The notes below the pieces were generated by a model that saw only the letters and a list, made by a program, of their open reading frames with translations, ran no database searches and was not told where the DNA came from. Of a DNA stretch of 64,000 bases, positions 54,274 through 64,000 are shown piece after piece. The DNA is taken from NCBI GenBank assembly GCA_965248535.1, contig CBDFJR010000005.1:1120001-1184000 (forward strand), in the 5' to 3' direction. The position numbers and the translations under genes were made by a program. Position 1 is the stretch's first letter. Each line of letters begins with the position of its first letter. Source of the stretch: Phormidesmis sp. (GTDB taxonomy: Bacteria > Cyanobacteriota > Cyanobacteriia > Leptolyngbyales > Leptolyngbyaceae).

Positions 54274-56838
54274 TTAACTTTCTGCTTCTTGAATCTGTTG
54301 AAGCATCGATCGGGTCATCGGATCATCCGAGAGTTCATCGGTGCGGTTCGCCTGAATTACTTGTTGCAGGAACGAGGCGAAGTATTGAACAATGCTTTGT
54401 GTGTGAGGATGCGTTTCTCCTAATCGCTGGTAGAAGATTGAGATCGCCTCAATGTATAAAGGTTCCACTTCTGCAACTTGCCCCTGATTTTCATAAAGCA
54501 CTGCCAAATTCCACAGGCTCTGAGCCACATTGGGATGATCGTCTCCCAGTTGCCGTTGCCTGATTTCCAACGCTAGCAGGTACAAAGGTTCCGCTTCCCC
54601 GTACCGCCCTTGTAACCGATACAATGTTGCCAAATTGTTCAGGCTCTGAGCTACATCGGGATGGTCGTCTCCCAGTTGCCGTTGCCTGATTTCCAACGCT
54701 AGCAGGTACAAAGGTTCCGCTTCCCCGTACCGCCCTTGTAACCGATACAATGTTGCCAAATTGTTCAGGCTCTGAGCTACATCGGGATGGTCGTCTCCCA
54801 GTTGCCGTTGCCTGATTTCCAACGCTAGCAGGTACAAAGGTTCCGCTTCCCCGTACCGCCCTTGTAACCGATACAATGTTGCCAAATTGTTCAGGCTCTG
54901 AGCTACATCGGGATGGTCGTCTCCCAGTTGCCGTTGCCGGGTTTCGAGCGAGCGCACAAACAGCGGTTCCGCTTCCCCATACCGTCCTTGCGAATAGTAC
55001 AATTCTGCCAAATTGTTTAGGCTCACTGCCACAGATGAATGATCGTCTCCTAGGCGTTGGGTCACGATCGCTTGACCATGCAAGAACCATCTCTCTGCTT
55101 CTTCAAATGCTAATTGTCCCAAATAAAACTGACCAATCCAAGTAAAAGGCTTAATCAGATCTGAATCAGATAACCAAGGCTCTAGCGTAGTGGCTGCTTC
55201 CTTAAGATGTGGAATCAGCGGTGCTAGTTGCTCAATCGCTGAAATCGTCAGGGGCAAAGAAATTTGTAAGTCGATCTCACATAGTTCTCGGCAGAACGAT
55301 CTCTTCATTTCTTCATCGGTTGGCATCTGCGATCGCTTCACCGCAAAAAATTCCCGCAACAACTGATGTAGTTGGTAAACCTCCTTGCCTTCATAACTCA
55401 GCAGACTCGAATTCACTAACTGCTCATCGCGCAAATTCTCTAACGCTTCCTCATCTGCCTCTGGCAAACACTGTTGCACCAACGCCCACGGAATTCCCGC
55501 TAAGGCAAACAGACTCAAAAGTGCTGCTAGCTGTTGCGCCTCTTCATTCAATTCCTGCCAACTTAACTCAAATGCTGCTCCAACGCCTAAAGTAGCTGTC
55601 ATTCCTACGTCAGGCTCAAGCAAAGCTTTAGCAGCTAGCCTCTGATTCTGCAATCGCTCCCACAGTTTTGCAACTGAAAGATCTTTTTTTTGCACTAGAT
55701 ATTGCCCGACTAGCTGTAATGCCAAGGGTAAATAGCCCAACCACTTGCAAAGTTGTGTTGCGGCATCTAGTTCTTGATCAATTCGTCCATCGGGAACTAG
55801 CGATCGCAGTAATTCCAGAGCTGACGATGCTGAGAGCGCATCAATCACCATCTCTTGAACGCCAAACCCGAACCGCGATCGCGTTGTCAACAAAACGTTA
55901 AAGCGAGACTTTGGAGGGGGCAGCAACGCTTGAATATCAGCGTAGTTCTGCACATCATCAAAAATGATAAGAACTTCCCCTGCCATCCAATTTCTCCAAC
56001 ACCAAGCAACTTGTTCAGTAACGAACAGATCTGATGGAGGTTCAAGACCCAGGAACCGTCTTGCAAATACAACCACCTGAAGACTAATGTCCTCGCGTGC
56101 TCTCAACCAGCAGATGCCGCCTGGGTATTCATCGAGATACCTCGATGAATATTGCAATGCTAGTTCCGTCTTGCCAATCCCGCCCATTCCAGCAATAGCA
56201 GAGATAGCAACGGTTCCCAACTGCTGATGCAAGGCTTTCAATTCTGCCTCTCTTCCCACAAAGCTGACATTACCGAGATAGGGAAGGTTCTGAGGAATCT
56301 GGGCAACTTCAGGACGCTCTATCAGCGTTGGCGTTTCCGAGACGAATCGAAACACATCTTTCCGCCAACTCCAAAAATCCTTTGCTTCTCGGCTAATTTT
56401 TTCTAGCAACGGTTGTGTTAGCCAAAGGATAATTGGATAGCGAAACTCCCGCAGCCCTTCTCGTGTCCACTGCAAATATCCCAAAAAGATTTCTTGCTCC
56501 GATCGATCTGCTCCATATCGATCTGAAAAGAGTTGTTCTAGCCCTACCACTGTCAACACACCTCGCCCACCTGCCTTCAGGTAAGAATCAGACTCGATGG
56601 TGCGTGCGATCGCTTGCTTGAGGCTTGGATCTTTCTTCGGCAGGATAATCTGATAATTGCGAATTTCAGGTTCTAGCTCCGCCTCATAACGTTGGATGAT
56701 CGCTTCTCGCAGTTTGAAGTTATCGCAGATCACTAGAAATAGGCTCAGACTGTTCTTGCTTGCTTCGATCGCGACTAGCAAGTCGTCATAAGCCATCTCA
56801 TTCAGTTGGCTCGGAGGTAATTTCTCATCGATTTGCAT
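54274..56838 (-). CDS. STAND/NLR-like protein: degenerate NTPase-like N-domain, NB-ARC ATPase, TPR repeats
   Basis: LQWTREGLR...DFWSWR..VFRF N-domain; FVGRE, GMGGIGKT, IIFDDV, LLTTR, GYLPLAL; 42-aa SLNNLA.LY..QGRY.EAEPL repeats. Confidence 0.88.
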   Translation of the reverse strand: MQIDEKLPPSQLNEMAYDDLLVAIEASKNSLSLFLVICDNFKLREAIIQRYEAELEPEIRNYQIILPKKDPSLKQAIARTIESDSYLKAGGRGVLTVVGLEQLFSDRYGADRSEQEIFLGYLQWTREGLREFRYPIILWLTQPLLEKISREAKDFWSWRKDVFRFVSETPTLIERPEVAQIPQNLPYLGNVSFVGREAELKALHQQLGTVAISAIAGMGGIGKTELALQYSSRYLDEYPGGICWLRAREDISLQVVVFARRFLGLEPPSDLFVTEQVAWCWRNWMAGEVLIIFDDVQNYADIQALLPPPKSRFNVLLTTRSRFGFGVQEMVIDALSASSALELLRSLVPDGRIDQELDAATQLCKWLGYLPLALQLVGQYLVQKKDLSVAKLWERLQNQRLAAKALLEPDVGMTATLGVGAAFELSWQELNEEAQQLAALLSLFALAGIPWALVQQCLPEADEEALENLRDEQLVNSSLLSYEGKEVYQLHQLLREFFAVKRSQMPTDEEMKRSFCRELCEIDLQISLPLTISAIEQLAPLIPHLKEAATTLEPWLSDSDLIKPFTWIGQFYLGQLAFEEAERWFLHGQAIVTQRLGDDHSSVAVSLNNLAELYYSQGRYGEAEPLFVRSLETRQRQLGDDHPDVAQSLNNLATLYRLQGRYGEAEPLYLLALEIRQRQLGDDHPDVAQSLNNLATLYRLQGRYGEAEPLYLLALEIRQRQLGDDHPDVAQSLNNLATLYRLQGRYGEAEPLYLLALEIRQRQLGDDHPNVAQSLWNLAVLYENQGQVAEVEPLYIEAISIFYQRLGETHPHTQSIVQYFASFLQQVIQANRTDELSDDPMTRSMLQQIQEAES
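54540..54938 (-). repeat. three identical 126-bp TPR-coding tandem units
   Basis: GTCTCCCAGTTGCCGTTGCC recurs at 54541, 54667, 54793 and 54919. Confidence 0.97.
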
Positions 56839-58125
56839 TAATTAGCCCCCTGCGCAGCATCAGGTCTCGAACAATTGGATGCAGGTCATACCACATGTCG
56901 CCGTTTTGATACTCTAAGACCTGCAAACCATGTAGTAGATTCAAAAAAGGTTCGTCTTTCGGATCTTCAGGCATGAACTTCTCATACGTCGTCTGCAAAA
57001 TGGTGTAATCCGCCTTGCCCAAGGTGGTTTCAAACTCTAATCTTAAGGCTTTAATGGCTTCGTCCAAGACCGCAGCATTGATCTTGATGTCTATTCGAGC
57101 AGGTTCGCGGCGAATTTTGCGCAGACAGATGCGGCAACACCGATTCGAGAACGAATTAGCTCTCGCAACACGCCTCCGCTGTAATGCACGATTTGGGTCG
57201 CAACCTCTGGCTCTAATATTTCTGCGGGAATGCGTTTGTGTAAAACTTCACAGAGTGTTTCGACCGCTTCTTTCTCTTCGGTGGGGTCAAGTTTGCGACG
57301 TTCTGATTTGGCAAAAAGTTTAGAAACTGGGACGACTGCAATTTGATCGTCTGCCTCTGTTCTTAAGGTTGTGAGTAAGGAGATGTCGCGGAGGCAGGAG
57401 ATCGGAACCGTGAAGACGATGCTAAATCCAGGCAGAAACAATGATTTCACATGATCTCGAAAGACACTTTTAACGAGTTCAAGATCTAATTTATCTAGGT
57501 CATCGATGATTACTAATACTTTTTTCTTGCTGACTCTCTGCATCTCTGCTGCAATCTCATTCAGCTTGGCAACTAAAGCAGAGAGATCCCGCTCAAACTC
57601 TTGCTTCAGCACTTCCCGGATGGAAGATTCCGCTTTCAACTTGCTCACGATCAGGTTCAAGAGGGTAAATCCGAATGAGCCTTCTGCCGAGAGCTTGTTT
57701 TCTTCAATCCGAGTTCGCTTTGCAAACCATCGATAGAATCCATCCCTAGTGGTTGCAGGAATTTGCATCTGCTCTTGCTCTGCTTTTAGGAGCATACTCA
57801 CGCCTATCGCGAACAGAATATTGATGTGATCCACGGCTGACATTTCAATTGTCTCTGCGATCGAGAAAAATACTACGAAGTAGCGATCACTCACCTGCCG
57901 TCCAAATTTTGCCAGGAGGGTTGACTTGCCAGATCCGGTATGTCCTGAAAAAATTACCTTTGCATCTTGCGCCGCGTTGTCTTCAATCAGTTGTTCTACC
58001 TCTTCTAGAGCTTCTTGCCCATACTCGACCCAAAATTTCTGCAACTGTTCTTCTCGAACAAGGGGTTCCAGGTCGGTAATTTGATAGGCTTTCTGAAAGG
58101 TTTGCAACAGAGAGGATGCGTTCAT
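56825..58125 (-). CDS. P-loop ATPase (AAA/KAP-like), apparent -1 frameshift at ~57150
   Basis: GHTGSGKS, VIIDDLDKL, SGGVLRELIR. Adding one base joins it via ..SNRCCRICLRKIRR.. to ORF 56825..57067 (LEYQNGDMWYDLHPIV). Confidence 0.85.
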
Positions 58126-58305
58126 CGGCTTTGGAAGATCACGAAATAAATCTCCTCTATGATGACTGATCGCCGGGATCTTATAACTAGGGCTATGTTG
58201 ATTTTTCCTTGAAAGTCTTGATTTGAGTGCGAACCCATAGTGCCGTGAAGCTTTCGTAGCCTAAAATTGTGCAATCGCAGCCGATAATTCCTGATTCTGT
58301 GTAAC

Positions 58306-58656
58306 CTAAAGTGCTAACTGAAAAGCATGGATCAAAGTCGCATCTAGTTGTTGGAGATGTGACGGGCTTAAGAGTCCCATCCGTTTCGCAATGAGTTGCT
58401 GACTCAGCGTTGTAATCCGAGTCACGCGCACTTTTGACGAAACACGCAGCCCAGTTTGAGCAAAGTCTGGATCTGAATCCAGCACAGCAAACTCTGCACT
58501 ATAGAGCGTTTCGACTTTTTGTGAGGAAATAAAGCAAACGGTGAACTCGTCAATCGCACCATTAGCTGAGAGAACAACGGCAGGACGAAACTTGGTTTGG
58601 CTAAGGTCGGTGAATGGAAATTCAACCAGCACAATGTCGCCTTTTTTTAGTCCCAT
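58306..58656 (-). CDS. PemK/MazF family toxin
   Basis: KGDIVLVEFPFTDLSQTKFRPAVV, TGLRVSSKVR. Confidence 0.88.
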   Translation of the reverse strand: MGLKKGDIVLVEFPFTDLSQTKFRPAVVLSANGAIDEFTVCFISSQKVETLYSAEFAVLDSDPDFAQTGLRVSSKVRVTRITTLSQQLIAKRMGLLSPSHLQQLDATLIHAFQLAL

Positions 58657-58862
58657 TCGATGGGTTCTCCATCTTCGAGGGTGTAGAGATCGGGTTCGTC
58701 TTTGAGGAAGTCGAAAGCGGTGCTGCGATCGCTGAGATAGGCAAGTTCTAGCGCGGAGGGATAAGGCTTTTCGCCGTAAAGTTTGTGATCAAACAGCGAT
58801 CGTTCTTCCGCTGACAGCGCGCGGATGGTCTGCACTAGGGATTCTACTAATTGTGTGTTCAT
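58647..58862 (-). CDS. putative antitoxin (DUF2281-like tail)
   Basis: MNTQLVESLVQTI..LS.EER...AFDFLKDEPDLYTLEDGEPI; overlaps the toxin start. Confidence 0.75.
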   Translation of the reverse strand: MNTQLVESLVQTIRALSAEERSLFDHKLYGEKPYPSALELAYLSDRSTAFDFLKDEPDLYTLEDGEPIEWD

Positions 58863-59108
58863 GAGAGGGTTCCAAGAATCTTGGGAGTCGTGGTTCTTCT
58901 ATCATGCCTTATGTTAAAAGTGCGAACACACCGTGTAGTGAAGCGTTCGCTGGCTGAAATGACTAGATCGCACACCCGTGATCGTTCTCACGTGATCTGC
59001 GATGCGTCGCAGTTTGAGTGCGGCATTCCCCGATCGAACATCCACCGATCGACACAAGCGATTAAAATTGAGATTCGATTCGCTCAAATTCTTTCACTTG
59101 AGGGCGGT

Positions 59109-62100
59109 ATGGCAGTCAAACCCGTTGAGTTAGCAGCCCGGTTAGATCACTACTACGAGCAGGTGCGTGCCGTCATTCTCAGCCGTCAGAACGCGATTTC
59201 TGGGCTGCTGCCCGCTAGCACCGCCGTCAACGCTCATGGCGACTACACAGATGCATGGGTGCGTGATAACGTCTACAGCATTCTCGCCGTGTGGGGGTTA
59301 GGGCTGGCCTATCGCAAGTTAGACGACGATCGGGGGCGCACCTATGAGCTAGAACACAGCGTTGTTAAGCTGATGCGCGGCTTGCTGTTTTCAATGATGC
59401 GACAAGCCGAAAAAGTCGAGAAATTCAAAGCCAATCAAACTCCCCTAGATGCTCTTCATGCCAAATATGACACCGACACGGGCAGCACCGTGGTTGGCGA
59501 CGACGAGTGGGGACATTTGCAGCTTGATGCGACCTCAATCTTTTTGCTGATGTTGGCCCAGATGACCGCATCGGGGTTAGCGATCGTCTTCACCATTGAC
59601 GAAGTGAGCTTCATTCAAAACCTCGTCTACTACATCGGCAGAACCTATCGCACGCCTGATTATGGCATCTGGGAGCGAGGCAACAAAATCAACCACGGCA
59701 GCCCTGAACTCAACGCTAGTTCGGTTGGCATGGCCAAGGCGGCCCTCGAAGCCTTAAATGGACTCAATCTGTTCGGCGTGCACGGCAGTCAAGCCTCAGT
59801 GATTCACGTTTTGCCCGATGAGATTGCTCGGTGTCGCACCACGCTAGAATCTTTGCTGCCTAGAGAATCTAGCTCTAAAGAAGTCGATGCTGCTCTCTTG
59901 AGCGTGATTAGTTTTCCGGCGTTTGCGGTTGAAGATCAGCAATTGGTCGATCGCACCCGCACCAAAATTGTCGGACTGCTGCAAGGTCGCTATGGCTGCA
60001 AACGCTTTCTGCGAGACGGGCACCAAACAGTTTTAGAAGACAGCAGCCGACTTCACTATGAGCCGTGGGAACTCAAACAATTTGAACATATTGAGTGTGA
60101 ATGGTCACTGTTCTTCACCTATCTGGCGTTAGATGGATTGTTCCGCGGCAATCGCCCCCAAGCCCAAGATTATCTCGACAAACTAGCTCAACTAGCTGTT
60201 GACCGAGACGGCCTAAACTTGTTGCCAGAGTTGTACTATGTTCCTGAAGAGTTGGTCGAACTAGAAAAGGCCAAGCCCTCTAGTCAAGCTCGATTGCCCA
60301 ATGAAAATATTCCTCTCGTTTGGGCCCAAAGCCTCTATCTGCTGGCGCAAATGATGCACGAAGGATTGTTGGCAGTCGGAGACGTTGACCCGATCGGGTG
60401 TCACCTTCGCATTGGTCAAAAACGCAAGGCTATTGTTCAAATTGCCCTCATAGCAGAAGATGAAGCGTTGCAGTCCAATTTAGCCGCCAACAACATCACG
60501 ACTCAAACGCTCAAACAAGTCGAGCCAATTCAAGTTCGTCATGCGAGAGAGCTAGCGGCCGCCTATGCTCAAGTTGGGCGCAATGACAAACTTGCGTTAA
60601 CGGGTCGCCCCATGCGCCGAATGCGAAGTTTAACGACTTCGAGAGTGTTTAAGATCTGCGGAGAAACGATCGTGTTTCTGCCCTCGTTCTTAGAGCCAGC
60701 CCGCTTTTATCTCACGCTCGACTACCACTTTCTGGTCTCCACGATTAAGAGCGAACTCGCCTACACCCATCGCCACTGGCAAGATTTGGGTAAACCGACC
60801 ATGACCCTGCTGCTCACCCACGAGATGCTAGAACTGGGTCGAGAAGCGCTGATCAACCTCGTGCAAGACCTGCAAAACGGTCGCTGTGGCGATATTCCAG
60901 TCCAGCTAGGTCGCCTCAATCAGCTTGCTCTCACGGCGGGCACTGAGCGCATCGACTCGCTGCACGATTTTGAGTTTCCGCCATCGTCGGTGATTGACAC
61001 GGCTTTGCCAAGCTACCACTTGGTTTATCACCCAGACAAAAACTATCCCTTAAGCATTTCGCAAGAATTCCAACTAGAGTGTGAAACTAATGTTCAAGTG
61101 CTGGTATCGAGCTTGCGCCAGTCTCACAATCTCTATGAACAGATCGAGCTATTGAGCACCCTTGTTCGTCTCAAAGGCTTAGATTTTGACACTCGTTTAG
61201 CTGGCCCACAGCCCGCGATCGTGGTGCAAGATCTCGTCAACGAAGTCTACGCCAAAGCCAGCAAAGGCGATGCGTCGGGTTGCCCCTATTGGGGAATTGT
61301 GCGGCGATCGGCAGGCTTGCTCGATAAAGTCGATGTCGGGCTGTCAGATGCCGTTACCGATATTTTGGTGCGACAAAAACAGATTTCGGTCGGTCGAGCT
61401 TATAGTGAAGATTCGCTGATTTTGCAGCCGTTGCCCTACACCGAAGTGCTCGAAAAATCCATCATTTTTGTCGAGAAGATCTGCGCGATCGGGTGCTGAC
61501 TCAAGAAATTATTATCTATCTCAGTTTGCTGATCAAAAGTGAACCTGATCTCTTTCAAGGCTTGCTGACTTTGAGAGTGGGTTATTTGATTTTGCTGATC
61601 GCGACGGAGCTTGCACAAGAATTAAAATTGACTCAAGACGAAGCCTATGAGCACTTGATGCAACTCAGTCCGTTTGAGATTAAGACGCGGCTGCGCCAAA
61701 TTCTAGTGGGCTATGCCGACCTCAATCAGGCGTTGTTTAAGCAAGAATCTCTGCGGGTGAAATTGCCCGATCGCGGCATCGATTGGGTGGTCTTGTTAGA
61801 TGAGCAAACCGAAGTTGAACCTGCTAATCAAGATTGGTGGCGCAAACGCCAGCTAGACGGCTCACTAAATCGCGTTCCGAAAGATTTTTATCCTAGCGTG
61901 TGGCAACTGCTGCATCACTGCGAAGGATTGGTGATTGGCGACAAATTAGAACGCCGCAATCGTCTTGATAGTGAACATCTGATCATGGAAATGACTGCTG
62001 GCGAGAAAAACTTTGCTCTGAAAATTGAACACTTATTAAACAAAATTCAAGCGCCAGAATATCGTCAGGTGAATGTAGAAGCAATGATGGAATTAGCGAC

Positions 62101-62338
62101 GATCGCCCAACGCAACCCCGATCTTAAAATCGAAGAATCGATCGTGCTAGATGTGCTGATTGGTCACGCAGTCCGATTGGCATGGCTCGACAAATTTCCA
62201 GACTTATTCGATCGCTATGATGAACACAAAGGATCAGCTTGGCGATCGTTTTATGAATCGTCGCCTTATGACTGTGCGAACTATGTTGCTAAAGCGATGC
62301 GCTTCTTGACGCAGTTGGGGCAAGCTAGCCTCGCTTAG
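59109..62338 (+). CDS. glycoside hydrolase family 15 / phosphorylase kinase alpha-beta-like protein (apparent -1 frameshift at 61453-61457)
   Basis: GLLPAST, DAWVRDNVYS, WGHLQLDA, PDYGIWERG, RFLRDG, WAQSLY; adding one A joins EKIHHFCREDLRDRVLTQE to the distal ORF (WWRKRQLDGSLNRVP). Confidence 0.88.
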
Positions 62339-62354
62339 ACAATTACGTTGGAGT

Positions 62355-63223
62355 TTAGCCGCGATCGGGGTCTTCTCCCAATTCTCGTAGACGGGCGGCC
62401 AAGCGATCGGCTCGTTGACGCTCCTCGTTGGCCCGTTGGAATTCTTCGTTAGCTCTTCGAGACTCCTCGTTAGCCCGTTGGGATTCTTCGTTAGCTCGTT
62501 CGAGGCTTCCTCGTTAGCCCGTTGGTGTTCTTCATCGGCCCGTTGACGTTCTTCATCGGCTTGTTGACGTGCGGCTTCTTCGGGGAGAGGCACGAGATTG
62601 CCGTGGCGATCGTAAAACCGCAGCCAGGTTGTCTGATCGATATCCACCGTCCCCGACCACGCGCCTAGCCACAACTCCAGGGTTTGACACCATCGCCATC
62701 CTTGATCATTGACGGGAATCGGCTGATAGCCTTGGTCTAAGTCCAGATGCCACCCTTGAAACGCACTGGGATCAAAGGGGTCAAACACAAAATAGTCTCT
62801 CGTGCGAAACACCTGCTCATAGAGGGTTTTCTTGGCTCCCAAATCAACGCTCATCGTGCTGGGTGACAGCATTTCGACAATCACATCAGGATATCGTCCG
62901 CCCTCTTCCCAGACCACCCAGCCCTTGCGAGATTGGTCAGGGTCAACCCCCAACACCGCAAAGAAATCAGGGCCTCTAAAGTCGCGATTGCGGACTTGGT
63001 TGCTGCTGTAATAAATAAACATATTGCCGCCAGCAAAAAAGTCTTGGCGGTCTAACCAGCCTTGATTGAGCGATCGAATCAAGACGTTCATGGCGACCCG
63101 GTGACGATGGCTTTCCAAAGGTTCTCCGTCATCAAAAATTAAATCGGTCGGGGGCATGGGAGGCTCCCATTCCGGCGGCTCTAGAATGGGATTAGTCTGT
63201 TCAGTAATGGCTTCTAGTGACAT
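62355..63223 (-). CDS. Uma2 family endonuclease with heptad tail (frameshift at ~62500)
   Basis: paralog of 27381..28199; the shifted frame continues (QRANEE)n...RLAARLRELGEDPDRG* ending at 62355. Confidence 0.85.
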
Positions 63224-63311
63224 CTTAGTGGTCTCCCCGATGCAAAATTTTCGCTTGACCCCTACCGTACATTTTACATAGATAATGGGGAGTAGCCCCT
63301 TCTTTGGTTCT

Positions 63312-64000
63312 ATGTTTCAGGTTACTCGTCGTCGTCTTGCGATTTGGTATACAACCGTTACGGCAGTGTTGCTGCTAGTGTTTGCGAGTGGGTTCTATTT
63401 ATATGTTCGCACGACGTTAATTGAACGCATTGATGACACGCTCAATCATGTAGTTGAAGTGGTGCAGCGATCGCTGGTGATCGAGCCGATCAATCCTCAT
63501 TTAGAAGGCGGAGAGGTGCGCGTGAATGTAGAGTCGAGCTTTCGAGATAATGCAATTCCAGTTGAGGATGATCACATTGATTTAGAGTGGTTTAGCCCCC
63601 AAGGTGAGGTGCTGTGGGCAACGTTTGCTGACAAGATCGCGGTGCCGCTCCGCTTTAATATCAATGGCGAAACCGTGCATTTATCCGATGATCATTTGCT
63701 GCGACAAGTGACCCAACGAGTTCAGATTGGGCGACAGGTGTTGGGCTATCTGCGCGTCAGCCATCCCTGGTTTGAGGTGACAAAGCCGACTCGTGAATTA
63801 TTTCTAGACCTGATTGTCGGAACTAGCGTCATGGTGGCGATCGTGGCCACGATCGGGTGGTTATTATCCGGTCTAGCTATGCAGCCGATTCGAGAATCTT
63901 ATCAACGGTTAAAGCAATTTACAGCAGATGCATCTCATGAGTTGAGAAACCCGATCGCGATTATTCAAACTAACGTGCAGGTTGCGCTCTCAGATCCAGA
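63312..64000 (+). CDS. membrane sensor histidine kinase, 5' part (possibly ManS/Hik27-like)
   Basis: MFQVTRRRLAIWYTTVTAVLLLVF TM1, second TM, H-box FTADASHELRNP; runs off the window. Confidence 0.88.
   Translation, partial: MFQVTRRRLAIWYTTVTAVLLLVFASGFYLYVRTTLIERIDDTLNHVVEVVQRSLVIEPINPHLEGGEVRVNVESSFRDNAIPVEDDHIDLEWFSPQGEVLWATFADKIAVPLRFNINGETVHLSDDHLLRQVTQRVQIGRQVLGYLRVSHPWFEVTKPTRELFLDLIVGTSVMVAIVATIGWLLSGLAMQPIRESYQRLKQFTADASHELRNPIAIIQTNVQVALSDP

Noticed and set aside
54540..54938. Regular repeats as a CRISPR array
   Set aside because: contiguous 126-bp in-frame TPR units with no unique spacers and no cas genes
58851..59108. 86-aa N-terminal extension of the GH15-like ORF
   Set aside because: overlaps the divergent antitoxin start and is non-conserved-looking; ATG 59109 has a plausible RBS

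Overview
A 64-kb cyanobacterial chromosomal segment. The HIP1 octamer GCGATCGC is pervasive, and the gene set suggests a filamentous Leptolyngbyaceae/Oscillatoriales-like organism (inference). The housekeeping backbone is lysA-cdaA-uppS, rimI, clpC, mscL, dnaE, a thrC-like gene with two MoaD/ThiS carriers, nei, TPP riboswitch-thiC, truB, ligA and gap1. Accessory islands interrupt it: (1) an XPB-like helicase/DUF790 (Bax1-like) pair split by nucA/nuiA and a Uma2 gene; (2) a decaying toxin-antitoxin cluster after dnaE; (3) a 1375-aa multidomain M10 metalloprotease with an unrecognised Tyr-rich duplicated domain; (4) a ~48.4-51.4 kb co-oriented array of TA and orphan genes bounded by integron attC-like sites, with no integrase in the window; (5) an ATPase plus STAND/NB-ARC-TPR module with identical 126-bp repeats. 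dnaE is contiguous and intein-free, unlike the split-intein dnaE of many cyanobacteria. At least six genes carry a frameshift, five of them single-base changes in short homopolymers, most likely assembly errors. No rRNA, tRNA or CRISPR array was seen. All family calls come from motif recognition; no database search was run.
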